Origin: Candidatus Parcubacteria bacterium
GTDB taxonomy: Bacteria > Patescibacteriota > Minisyncoccia > Phycocordibacterales > UBA5272
Assembly (NCBI GenBank): GCA_039798825.1
Contig: JBDKFI010000001.1
Coordinates: 1 to 39,785 of the forward strand
Length of the DNA: 39,785 bases
Direction of reading: 5' to 3'
Shown: positions 7,963 through 17,044 of the stretch, piece after piece
How the letters are laid out: each line of letters starts with the position of its first letter
Numbering within the stretch: the first letter of the stretch is position 1
Notes under the pieces: model-generated
The model's database searches: none
What the model saw: only the letters and a program-made list of their open reading frames with translations
What the model was told of the DNA's origin: nothing
Translations under genes and position numbers: made by a program

Positions 7963-10860
7963 ATGGAACCCTACATCCCTAAAAACATCGAAGGTAAGTG
8001 GCAGAAGATTTGGTCAGATACAAAGCTCTACGAGATGAACGTACACTCCGATAAAGAGAAGCTCTATGTTCTCGATATGTTTCCGTACCCTTCAGGAGAG
8101 GGGCTTCATGTTGGACATCCGAAGGGATACATCGCTACTGATATCTATTCTCGTATGAAGAAGATGTCAGGCTATGAAGTGCTTCACCCTATGGGGTGGG
8201 ATGCGTTTGGTCTTCCTGCAGAACAGTTTGCACTTAAAAACAAAGTTCACCCGCGCGTCGCTGTAGAGCGAAACATTGCGCGATTTAAGGAGCAGCTTTC
8301 GATTATTGGATTTAATTATGATTGGACCAAGGAGGTCAACACCACGGACCCTGAGTTTTACAAGTGGACGCAATGGATTTTTAAACAGATGTGGAAGAAG
8401 GGACTTGCCTACGAGAGTTATGAGCCGATTAATTGGTGTCCATCGTGCAAAACAGGTCTTGCAAACGAAGATCTAGAAGGGGACGCGTGTGAGCGTTGTG
8501 GTACCAAGGTGGAAAAGAAGCCACTTCGTCAGTGGGTGCTTAAGATTACGGATTATGCAGACCGTATGATTGCTGATCTCGACAAACTTGATTGGCCAGA
8601 AGGAGTCAAACTTGCGCAGAAGAATTGGATTGGAAAAAGTGAAGGTTCCGAAATCAGGTTTAATCTATGTGTCACAGGAGTAGCAGATGGAACGTATTTT
8701 GTTGATGTGTTCACGACGCGCGCAGATACGCTCTTGGGCGCTACGTTTATCGCTATTTCTGCAGAGCTTGCACAAACGTGGATATCGATGGGCTGGAAAC
8801 CTTCTGAAAAGATCACGTCATTTATACAGACGACACTTGAAGACGAGAAAAACAGAAGCGTTGATTTCAAAACAGAGCTTTTAAAGGATGGCGTTGATAC
8901 AGAAGTGTTGGCGATTAATCCACTTACTCAAGAAAAGATTCCTGTGTATGTTGCTAATTATGTTATTTCTGGCTATGGCACAGGTGCACTCATGGGTGTT
9001 CCGGCTCACGACGAGCGTGACTACGCATTTGCAAAGCAGCACAATCTTCCTGTTAAGGAAGTTGTTCGTCCCTATGTGATCGATCATGTGAATGTGCCCC
9101 GTCCTGATAAGCCAACTAAGGTGCGACGCAACGTGCATGCAATCGTGTATGATCCTGCGACAGATACATATCTCATTCTTCGCAACTCAGTTCATCACTG
9201 GGACACGGTAGTGATTGGAGGTGTCGAAGAAGGTGAAGATCTAGTTGAGGCTGCGAAGCGTGAGCTACGAGAAGAAACCGGATATACCGACGTCACCTTT
9301 AAACGAATTTTGGGCAATCCTGTACAAGCTGGTTACTTTGCGCCGCACAAGGATGAAAACAGAGTCGCTATCGCCTCTGCCGTGTACTTCGAACTTGCGA
9401 GCGATGCTCGAGTGGAAATTCCAACTGATGGCGAAAATGAAGGAAATGAAGTTCTGTGGGTAGACGCATCAGAATTTGTTCCAGGAAAAATGATTAATTC
9501 AGAACTTGGACATTGGCTTGTGCGTCTGAAAGTACAAGACGATATCCCTTACACAGGAGAAGGTATTCTTGTTAATTCAGGAGCGTATGACAACCTTGCA
9601 TCCGAAGAAGCGAGAAAGAAAATAACAGAAGATGCAAAGGGAAAGCTGCTCTCACAATACCGTCTTAAGGATTGGGTGTTTGCGCGTCAGCGATATTGGG
9701 GTGAGCCATTTCCTATTGTGTTTGATGAGCATCATGTTGCCCACGTAGTTGCAGACAGTGAACTTCCTGTGAAGCTTCCTCAAGTTGAAGCATATGAACC
9801 AACTGGCACAGGTGAGAGCCCGCTTGCTGCTATTTCGGAATGGGTGAACGTGACGGGGTTCTTAAACGAAGATGGGGAATTTGTGAGTTGCGATCCATCA
9901 GATCCGAAAGCAAAGCATTTTACACGAGAGACAAATACCATGCCCCAATGGGCGGGATCTTCATGGTACTATTTACGCTTTGCGGATCCGAAAAATAATA
10001 CGACACTTATTGATCCTTCCCTTGATAAGAAATGGCAACCGGTTGATGTATATGTCGGTGGAGATCATGCGACACGTCACCTTATCTATGCGCGATTTTG
10101 GCATAAATTTTTGTACGATATCGGTGTCGTGTCCTATGATGAACCATTTAAACGACTTGAGTTCTTAGGATTTATTTTGGCAGAAGATGGACGCAAAATG
10201 AGTAAGCGATTAGGGAATGTCATCAATCCAGACGACGTGGTAGCGATCTACGGTGCAGACACGCTTCGTGTGTATGAAATGTTTATGGCACCGTTTGAAC
10301 AAACAGTTGCATGGGATACAAAAAGTATTGTGGGTGTGGAGCGCTTTTTGGAACGCGTGTGGAAGTTGCAAGCCAAGGTGCGTGATGAAAAAGATAGCTC
10401 AGATGCACTCACAGTACTTCATAAAACGATTAAGAAAGTAGGGGAAGACATCGATGCGTTTAAGTTCAACACCGCTGTTTCTTCAATGATGATTTGTCTG
10501 AATGCAGGAGAGGCTGCTCCGCATGTTTCTTCGTACTGGTACAGCACATTCATCACCCTCCTTGCGCCATTTGCACCACATATCTCAGAAGAGCTTTGGC
10601 ACACACTTGGCGAACGTGGTTCAGTGCACGAGCAGCCCTGGCCTTCATTTGATGAGACGTTACTTGTAGACACTACGGCAACTATTGCAATTCAAATAGG
10701 GGGCAAACTTCGCGAGACTATTACCGTTCCTCGAGATACTGCTGAAATGGGGGTCTTAGACGAGGTAAAAAAGACACAAAGTTACCAGAAGTATGTCGGG
10801 TCAGCGACCCCAAAGAAGGTGATTTTCGTCCCAAATAAGTTGATAAATATAGTGATTTGA
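7963..10860 (+). CDS. leuS: leucyl-tRNA synthetase with an inserted Nudix domain
   Basis: 965 aa with HVGHP (HIGH), KMSKR (KMSKS), CP1 editing motifs TTRADT and GTGALMGVPAHDERD, and RLKDWVFARQRYWGEPFP. Residues ~385-525 carry the Nudix box GGVEEGEDLVEAAKRELREETGY. Confidence 0.95.
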   Translation: MEPYIPKNIEGKWQKIWSDTKLYEMNVHSDKEKLYVLDMFPYPSGEGLHVGHPKGYIATDIYSRMKKMSGYEVLHPMGWDAFGLPAEQFALKNKVHPRVAVERNIARFKEQLSIIGFNYDWTKEVNTTDPEFYKWTQWIFKQMWKKGLAYESYEPINWCPSCKTGLANEDLEGDACERCGTKVEKKPLRQWVLKITDYADRMIADLDKLDWPEGVKLAQKNWIGKSEGSEIRFNLCVTGVADGTYFVDVFTTRADTLLGATFIAISAELAQTWISMGWKPSEKITSFIQTTLEDEKNRSVDFKTELLKDGVDTEVLAINPLTQEKIPVYVANYVISGYGTGALMGVPAHDERDYAFAKQHNLPVKEVVRPYVIDHVNVPRPDKPTKVRRNVHAIVYDPATDTYLILRNSVHHWDTVVIGGVEEGEDLVEAAKRELREETGYTDVTFKRILGNPVQAGYFAPHKDENRVAIASAVYFELASDARVEIPTDGENEGNEVLWVDASEFVPGKMINSELGHWLVRLKVQDDIPYTGEGILVNSGAYDNLASEEARKKITEDAKGKLLSQYRLKDWVFARQRYWGEPFPIVFDEHHVAHVVADSELPVKLPQVEAYEPTGTGESPLAAISEWVNVTGFLNEDGEFVSCDPSDPKAKHFTRETNTMPQWAGSSWYYLRFADPKNNTTLIDPSLDKKWQPVDVYVGGDHATRHLIYARFWHKFLYDIGVVSYDEPFKRLEFLGFILAEDGRKMSKRLGNVINPDDVVAIYGADTLRVYEMFMAPFEQTVAWDTKSIVGVERFLERVWKLQAKVRDEKDSSDALTVLHKTIKKVGEDIDAFKFNTAVSSMMICLNAGEAAPHVSSYWYSTFITLLAPFAPHISEELWHTLGERGSVHEQPWPSFDETLLVDTTATIAIQIGGKLRETITVPRDTAEMGVLDEVKKTQSYQKYVGSATPKKVIFVPNKLINIVI

Positions 10861-10876
10861 CGTTTTTGACAAGTTC

Positions 10877-10885
10877 TGGTAGAAT
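10877..10885 (+). promoter_or_regulatory. extended -10 box TGGTAGAAT
   Basis: It lies 21 nt upstream of ATG 10907. Confidence 0.45.
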
Positions 10886-10906
10886 GAATAGTATACATTT
10901 ATAGAT

Positions 10907-11935
10907 ATGGCAGGCATCACCTTCAAACCAAAGGCAGTTTCCAAGAAACTCCTCACCACACTTAACCCTCGCACACGCGAGATTGTTGTTAGTCGCTACG
11001 GACTTGAGAAAGAAAACCGTATGACGCTCGAGGCTATCGGAAAGACATACGACATTACTCGTGAGCGTGTTCGACAGATTGAGAATTTCGCTCTTGCTTC
11101 TATCAAGAAATCAAAAGAATACAAAGAACACGCGTTCGTATTCGATGAGCTTAAAGCTGTCGTGAAGGAGCTTGGTTCTGTCGTGTCTGAAGAGCAGCTC
11201 ATGCGCCATGTTTCTAAGGACCCTATCGTTCAAAATCACATAAACCTCTACCTTGCTCTCGGTGATGAGTTCAAGAAGCACAAGGAAGACGATCATTTCC
11301 ATGCTCACTTCACTATCGACGACAAGCATGCAACATCTGTTCGTAATGCGCTCCACAAGTTGTATGAATCTATCGACGAAGAGGATCTCGTGAGTGAAGA
11401 AGAAATCTTCAATCGATTCATGGGACACCTAAGCGAAGTGATCGGAGAGTTTAAAGATAATAAAGAAATCATCTATCGATACCTCGCACTTTCTAAGGTT
11501 ATCGGTAAGAATCAGCTTTCTGAATGGGGTCGCACATCATCTCCACATGTCAAAGCCCGCGGTATTAAGGATTACGCATACCTCATTATGCGTCGTGCTG
11601 GTCGTCCTATGCACTTCAAGGAAGTTGCAACTGAGATCAATAAAACATTTGGTAAGCGAGCGCATGTTGCGACATGTCACAATGAACTCATCAAAGATCC
11701 TCGTTTTGTACTTGTAGGTCGCGGTATGTACGGTCTTAAGGATTGGGGGCACACAGGAGGCGTTGTACGCGATGTCATCACTGAAGTTCTCAAAGAATCT
11801 GGTCGTCCGCTTCCAAAGGATGAAATCATTAAGCGAGTGCTTGCGAAGCGCATTGTTAAACCAAATACCGTTCTCGTAAATCTTCAGAACGCAAAGTTCT
11901 TCCGAAAGGTTGCAGGAGAATACACACTAGCGTAA
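10907..11935 (+). CDS. sigma-70 region-4-like HTH plus HARE-HTH (RpoE-delta-like) domain protein
   Basis: The N-terminus REIVVSRYGLEKENRMTLEAIGKTYDITRERVRQIENFALASIKK matches sigma region 4. The C-terminal half has two winged-HTH-like units (DYAYLIMRRAGRPMHFKEVATEI.., VITEVLKESGRPLPKDEIIKRV..). Confidence 0.7.
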   Translation: MAGITFKPKAVSKKLLTTLNPRTREIVVSRYGLEKENRMTLEAIGKTYDITRERVRQIENFALASIKKSKEYKEHAFVFDELKAVVKELGSVVSEEQLMRHVSKDPIVQNHINLYLALGDEFKKHKEDDHFHAHFTIDDKHATSVRNALHKLYESIDEEDLVSEEEIFNRFMGHLSEVIGEFKDNKEIIYRYLALSKVIGKNQLSEWGRTSSPHVKARGIKDYAYLIMRRAGRPMHFKEVATEINKTFGKRAHVATCHNELIKDPRFVLVGRGMYGLKDWGHTGGVVRDVITEVLKESGRPLPKDEIIKRVLAKRIVKPNTVLVNLQNAKFFRKVAGEYTLA

Positions 11936-11961
11936 GTACGTTTCGGTTTGAATAAGAAAAA

Positions 11962-11990
11962 GACATGATCCAAAAGATCATGCCTTTTTC
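11962..11990. terminator. weak hairpin terminator
   Basis: catgatc, caaaa, gatcatg stem-loop flanked by aaaaa and ctttttc. Confidence 0.4.
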
Positions 11991-12021
11991 CATCACCCAC
12001 TGTTCACTTACTACTGTTCAC

Positions 12022-12030
12022 TGCTATACT
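12022..12030 (+). promoter_or_regulatory. extended -10 box TGCTATACT, 7 nt before ATG 12038
   Basis: Spacer ggttcct, no SD. Confidence 0.5.
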
Positions 12031-12037
12031 GGTTCCT

Positions 12038-13534
12038 ATGCAACTTGTTATCGACATTGCTCTCAGTCTTATCTATTTTTGCATCTTTTTACTTGTCTGT
12101 GCATGGGCATGGAGGTTCTGGAAGATGTACATTACGCAGAAACATTTCTCAGGCTTAGATTGGGTAATGCTCGAAATCAAGCTACCTCGAGAGATTTTTA
12201 AATCTCCCTACGCAACAGAAGTTGCTATTTCATCTCTTCTTCAAACTGGAGGTGTAGGAACCTGGTATGCACGAGAAATAAAAGGTGCTATGCCTGTGTT
12301 TGCTTCCCTTGAAATAGCATCAACGGAAGGAATTATCCATTTTTATGTTCGTATTCAGCGTAAATTTAGGCCGCTTGTGGAGTCTAATTTCTATGCACAA
12401 TATCCAGGCATTGAGATTACCGAAGCGCAGGATTATACAAGCGTGCTTCAGTATCACCATTTAACAAAAGATGTCGCGATGTGGGGAGAGTCCTACAAAC
12501 TCGACGCTTCATGGGAGCCTTGGAATTGGGAGAAAGGTGAGCGGTATGTTGACCCTAAAGATAGCAGTAAAAAGTATTCAATGAAGGCAGACTTTTTGCC
12601 TATTAAGACCTATGTGGACTATGGTTTGGATAAAGATCCAAAAGAAGAGTTTAAAATAGAGCCACTTGCTCCACTTCTTGAAACGATGGGGTCGCTTGGT
12701 AAAGGTGAGCATCTATGGTATCAAGTCCTTCTTCAATCAGAAGCCCTCTATAACGGCACCAAGATGCCAAAGATGTATCACAATGAAGTCACACATGAGG
12801 CGATGAGTTTGTCTAAAATGGTGGAGGAATTTAAAAAGTCCATTCGAGTCGAAGGGTTTACTCCTGCTGGCCAAATGATTACAGAAAAGATCGACATTGA
12901 CGAAAATGGCAATCCAGTTCCTAAGAAGGTGCTTAACGAAGAACCGATTGTGAAGACGAAAAAGGAGATGGATTTGAGCACAGACGATAAAGACAAACTT
13001 GAGTCGATTAACAAGAAGCTTGCTAAACCGATTGCTTCTGCCATCATACGACTCATGTATGTTGTCGATAAAAACAAAGCCTCGTTTAATCCAGCACTAA
13101 TACAAAACATACTCGCTTTCCCAAAACCATTTGAAGGAAGGTTTAATAAACTCACCATGGGTAAAACAAGTGATCCGTATGAGTACCCATGGGAGAACTT
13201 TCGCAATCGTCGTGTACCGTGGAGGTCTGAGGAGTTCTTTGAGGCGTATGTTGAGCGGGAAGGATTCTTTCCACATATAGAGGGTCGCGATTCTCTCGAC
13301 AAACTTGAAGATACTTTCTTCTGGGGATTCAGTATGAAAACACGAAAGACATGGCGTATGCTCTTTGAGGCCATTATGTTTCCATTCCATCACCCACATG
13401 CGGACGAAATCACCGCTCTTAACATGGAAGAGGTTGCAACCATTTGGCATCTTCCTGGTGCTATTATTACTACACCGACACTTCCTCGAATTGATAGTGC
13501 GAAAGCTGTTGCGCCGGTTAACCTCCCACAGTAG
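12038..13534 (+). CDS. conserved-looking hypothetical protein, N-terminal membrane anchor
   Basis: 498 aa with one N-terminal TM helix followed by a WVMLEIKLPREIFKSPYATEVAISSLLQ segment. No nucleotide-binding motif was seen. It ends 5 nt before mltG. Confidence 0.7.
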   Translation: MQLVIDIALSLIYFCIFLLVCAWAWRFWKMYITQKHFSGLDWVMLEIKLPREIFKSPYATEVAISSLLQTGGVGTWYAREIKGAMPVFASLEIASTEGIIHFYVRIQRKFRPLVESNFYAQYPGIEITEAQDYTSVLQYHHLTKDVAMWGESYKLDASWEPWNWEKGERYVDPKDSSKKYSMKADFLPIKTYVDYGLDKDPKEEFKIEPLAPLLETMGSLGKGEHLWYQVLLQSEALYNGTKMPKMYHNEVTHEAMSLSKMVEEFKKSIRVEGFTPAGQMITEKIDIDENGNPVPKKVLNEEPIVKTKKEMDLSTDDKDKLESINKKLAKPIASAIIRLMYVVDKNKASFNPALIQNILAFPKPFEGRFNKLTMGKTSDPYEYPWENFRNRRVPWRSEEFFEAYVEREGFFPHIEGRDSLDKLEDTFFWGFSMKTRKTWRMLFEAIMFPFHHPHADEITALNMEEVATIWHLPGAIITTPTLPRIDSAKAVAPVNLPQ

Positions 13535-13539
13535 CGCTC

Positions 13540-14430
13540 ATGACTCAAAAGATACAACTCATGTCAGTGCTAGGCGGTCTTGCTTGTCTACTTCTCTTCA
13601 TTATGTACGGATTTTCTGCCCCTCGTGGATTTCCATCACCTGCACGGTTTGAGGTGCAAGAAGGTGAGAGTGTTCATGCAATGAGTGTTCATTTGGAAGA
13701 TTACAACATCATAGGATCTGCGCTCCTCTTCCGCACCTGGGTGTCGCTTCTTGGTAAAGACACACGTATAGGGCTCGGTGTGTATACATTTGATAGAGCA
13801 ACATCTCTGCCTGGGGTTATTGCAAAGCTTACTTCCGGGCCAGATGAACCGCTTCTTTCAGTCACCATACCGGAAGGGTATTCAACAAAAGAAATAGCTG
13901 ACGCATTTGCAAAAGCGCTCCCTTCTTTTTCTGTTGATACGTTTGGAGAAGTTGTCCAAAAAGATGGTCTCGATGGGTATTTATTTCCGTCCACGTACTA
14001 TCCGCTCCCATCTTCTTCAGAAGAGGATATCGCGCGCATGATGCACGAAACGTTTGAAAAGGAGTACAGCAAAGAATTTGCATCAAGCGCTTTCCCGACG
14101 TATGTCCCCACACAAAACGACGTGATCTCACTTGCTTCTATTTTGGAAGGTGAAGCAAAAACACCAGAGGATATGAAACTAGTGTCAGGTATCTTGCAGA
14201 AGAGATTAGAAAAGGGTATGCGGTTACAGGTGGATGTTGCAGAAGTGACGTACAAGGAAACAGGTATTCCAGATCAACCTATAAACAACCCAGGTATTGT
14301 TGCGATAAATGCAGTGTTTCATCCAAGCACGAGCAACTACTTGTATTATCTTACTGGTAAGGATGGTAGAATGTATTACGCTACAACGTTTGAGCAACAC
14401 AAGAGGAATATTGTTAGGTATCTTAAATAA
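13540..14430 (+). CDS. mltG: endolytic murein transglycosylase MltG (YceG family)
   Basis: 296 aa with an N-terminal TM helix and the motifs TIPEGYSTKEIA, LASILEGEAK, LQVDV, NNPGIVAINAVFHP and YYLTGKDGRMYYATTFEQH. Confidence 0.85.
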   Translation: MTQKIQLMSVLGGLACLLLFIMYGFSAPRGFPSPARFEVQEGESVHAMSVHLEDYNIIGSALLFRTWVSLLGKDTRIGLGVYTFDRATSLPGVIAKLTSGPDEPLLSVTIPEGYSTKEIADAFAKALPSFSVDTFGEVVQKDGLDGYLFPSTYYPLPSSSEEDIARMMHETFEKEYSKEFASSAFPTYVPTQNDVISLASILEGEAKTPEDMKLVSGILQKRLEKGMRLQVDVAEVTYKETGIPDQPINNPGIVAINAVFHPSTSNYLYYLTGKDGRMYYATTFEQHKRNIVRYLK

Positions 14431-14526
14431 ATTACAACTGTGTAAATGTACAGTAAGTACGCTATACTCTAATCTCTATTTGAAAGTATTTAATACCCAC
14501 TGTCTACAAGCTAATTTCTGCTCATC

Positions 14527-15078
14527 ATGAAGTCCCACAATCTTGCATTTATCGACACAGAAACAACAGGAACGAATCCCGAGAAGCATGAGATCATTGA
14601 GCTCGCATGCATTATTGCTCGTCAGGTAGAACGACCAGGAAAAGGTCCTTCACTTGAAATTGTAGAGGAGTGTGAATGGAAGATACAACCAAAGCGACTC
14701 GATCTTGCTGAAGAAGAAGCTCTTCGTGTAAATGGGTACAATGAAGTAGATTGGATGTTTGCGGTGACTCGAGAAAAAGCAATGGAAGAATTTGCCAAGA
14801 AAACGCAGAGTTGTACGTTTGTCTCGCATAACCTTGTGTTTGACTACGCATTCATACAGAAAGCATTTGAAGAAACGGGTGTAGAAAGCCGTATGCACTA
14901 CGCGAAGCTTGATACCATCTCTATGGCATTTGCTCGACTCTATGATGCACCACAGGCGGATAAGTTTTCATTGCGCGCACTCTGTGAACTTCTTAAGGTA
15001 GAGAACAGCAAGGCTCACACCGCACTCGCAGATACCAAAGCGCTCGTTGCATGCTACCGCAAAATGATGGGAGCATAA
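14527..15078 (+). CDS. DEDDh 3'-5' exonuclease (DnaQ/epsilon-like)
   Basis: ExoI FIDTETTG, ExoII HNLVFDYAFI, ExoIII HTALADTKAL. Confidence 0.85.
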   Translation: MKSHNLAFIDTETTGTNPEKHEIIELACIIARQVERPGKGPSLEIVEECEWKIQPKRLDLAEEEALRVNGYNEVDWMFAVTREKAMEEFAKKTQSCTFVSHNLVFDYAFIQKAFEETGVESRMHYAKLDTISMAFARLYDAPQADKFSLRALCELLKVENSKAHTALADTKALVACYRKMMGA

Positions 15079-15162
15079 TACTTTGCAGAATTTTCAATGT
15101 TCTAATTTTCAATTTTAAAACCAAGAACTGATTACTTTAAAATTCACTTTTGCTTTGTAACG

Positions 15163-15171
15163 TGGTAGATT
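15163..15171 (+). promoter_or_regulatory. extended -10 box TGGTAGATT directly before the mnmA start
   Basis: ATG codons at 15175 and 15178 lie 3 and 6 nt downstream, so the second ATG may be the real leaderless start. Confidence 0.45.
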
Positions 15172-15174
15172 TCT

Positions 15175-16284
15175 ATGATGAACGCAAGAAAAGCAAAAGT
15201 TTTTGTCGGTATGTCAGGCGGGGTGGACTCGTCTGTTTCCGCAGCACTGCTTAAAGAACAGGGGTACGATGTGACCGGTGTATTCATCAAGGTATGGCAA
15301 CCGGATTTTATCGAATGTACCTGGAAAGAAGACAGACTTGATGCGATGCGTGTAGCTGCACAGCTTGGTATTCCTTTTGTCACACTTGATTTGGAACAAG
15401 AATACAAGCAAGGAGTGATCGACTACATGATCGAAGAGTACAAAGCTGGGCGTACACCAAACCCAGATGTGATGTGTAATCGCGAGGTGAAGTTCGGGGC
15501 GTTTTGGAAGTGGGCACAGGAGCAGGGTGCGAACTATATCGCAACTGGGCACTATGCTCAGGTAGAGACGACAGACAATAGACAGGAGACAGTAGATATT
15601 ACGCCTGTGGCGTCGAAGCGGGGGTTTAATCTTGTTACAAGTAAAGATGACAACAAAGATCAAACCTATTTTCTTTGGACGCTCACAGAAAATGATCTTG
15701 CACACGTTCTTTTTCCGATTGGTCACATGACAAAGGAAGAGGTGAGAAAGGAGGCCCACAAAAGAAATTTATATACAAGTACAAAAAAAGATAGTCAGGG
15801 GTTATGCTTCGTAGGCTCTATTGATCTCAAAACACTCTTGAAAGAGTACATCAAAGAAGATCGTGGAGAAGTTGTGAATGAAGAAGGTGTTGTGGTAGGA
15901 ACACATGATGGTGTCATGTTCTATACAATTGGTGAGCGACATGGATTTACTGTCACCAGAAGGGGCACTAACGACGCCGCGTACTATGTCATCGGGAAAG
16001 ACTTGAACAACAACAAGCTTGTCGTGTCACACACCCGACCGGCTACCGAAAAAAGTCACCGGATTCTACTTGAATCTGTTAGTTTTGTACATGACGTACC
16101 ACAAGAAGGCATACTCTACGAGGCTCGCGGCAGGTATCGTGCACCACTTGCAAAGGTATCCATGCAACAAGATGCAGATGGTTGGACTGCTACTGTCGTG
16201 GAGGGTGAACTTATCTATACATCAGGACAATCTCTTGTGATCTATGATGGTATACGTTGCTTGGGTGGCGGAATTATGAAGTAA
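15175..16284 (+). CDS. mnmA: tRNA-specific 2-thiouridylase MnmA
   Basis: PP-loop VGMSGGVDSSV, then GRTPNPDVMCNREVKF, ATGHYA and KDQTYFL. Confidence 0.93.
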   Translation: MMNARKAKVFVGMSGGVDSSVSAALLKEQGYDVTGVFIKVWQPDFIECTWKEDRLDAMRVAAQLGIPFVTLDLEQEYKQGVIDYMIEEYKAGRTPNPDVMCNREVKFGAFWKWAQEQGANYIATGHYAQVETTDNRQETVDITPVASKRGFNLVTSKDDNKDQTYFLWTLTENDLAHVLFPIGHMTKEEVRKEAHKRNLYTSTKKDSQGLCFVGSIDLKTLLKEYIKEDRGEVVNEEGVVVGTHDGVMFYTIGERHGFTVTRRGTNDAAYYVIGKDLNNNKLVVSHTRPATEKSHRILLESVSFVHDVPQEGILYEARGRYRAPLAKVSMQQDADGWTATVVEGELIYTSGQSLVIYDGIRCLGGGIMK

Positions 16285-16293
16285 TACGTTGGT

Positions 16294-16959
16294 CTAGTGC
16301 TTGTGAGAGTTGTGTTGTTTGTGGTGACTGTATTCAAGATAGAGAATCCAGAGCACAATTGCGCCCAACGAAGAAACACTCACAATCTCCAAGGTGTGGA
16401 ACTGTTCTTCGCTGAAGTTTTGGCCGAGCATAAACACAAAGACGGCAGCAAGAGGTGATCCTATTTGTGCAAAAATGCCGTACATAATAGTTTGTCGTAC
16501 GGAAAGTCCAAGACTTCTGAAGACTGCAAGTGTGCCTAAGATTTTTGGAAGTTCGTGAATCATAATACCCACGGTCGCAGCACCTCCAATTACTGGACTG
16601 ACGAGGTATGTTGCACCGATCACCGTACCATCGATGATGGAGTGAAATGCTTCACTTATAGCAATCCCACGAGCCCCGTCTTCTTCTTGCCCGTGGGTGT
16701 GTCCATGATGGAATCGTGAAAGGATAAAAAGAGTGAGAGAAGCTGTTATAACACCGAGCAGTATGTCGAGCGTCCCGACCCCTTCTGCATGCTCTTTAAA
16801 TGTTTCAAAGACGGTGTACAAAAGAAGCCCAAGCCCAAGCGTAAGCACCACCATGCGCGTCTTTCCTTGAAGTAATCCTGTTCGTAGGAATACACCAAGA
16901 AGCGCAAGCGCCGGAAGGGCGCTTGCACTGATGAGGGTTAGAATAAGATGATAGTTCAT
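16294..16959 (-). CDS. ZIP-family divalent metal (zinc) transporter
   Basis: 221 aa multi-TM protein with a His-rich loop HHGHTHGQEEDG, plus HSIIDGTVIG and IHELPKILG motifs. Confidence 0.85.
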   Translation of the reverse strand: MNYHLILTLISASALPALALLGVFLRTGLLQGKTRMVVLTLGLGLLLYTVFETFKEHAEGVGTLDILLGVITASLTLFILSRFHHGHTHGQEEDGARGIAISEAFHSIIDGTVIGATYLVSPVIGGAATVGIMIHELPKILGTLAVFRSLGLSVRQTIMYGIFAQIGSPLAAVFVFMLGQNFSEEQFHTLEIVSVSSLGAIVLWILYLEYSHHKQHNSHKH

Positions 16960-17029
16960 GCTGTATAGTGATTCTAGTCTAGTCTACTATGCTCATATCT
17001 GCAAATGTGTCGCATATGTGTATGACGTA

Positions 17030-17038
17030 TGATAGACT
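17030..17038 (+). promoter_or_regulatory. extended -10 box TGATAGACT, 6 nt before ATG 17045
   Basis: Spacer ccatat, no SD. Confidence 0.5.
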
Positions 17039-17044
17039 CCATAT

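Noticed and set aside
10866-10871. TTGACA upstream of the sigma-like gene as a -35 box
   Set aside because: It lies only 8 nt from the TAGAAT hexamer, which is far too close for a -35/-10 pair.
16960-17044. Search for a Fur/Zur/PerR operator palindrome in the ZIP-Fur divergent region
   Set aside because: Only a short direct repeat (tagtctagtcta) and weak end-complementarity were found, and no convincing inverted repeat. It is therefore not reported as a feature.
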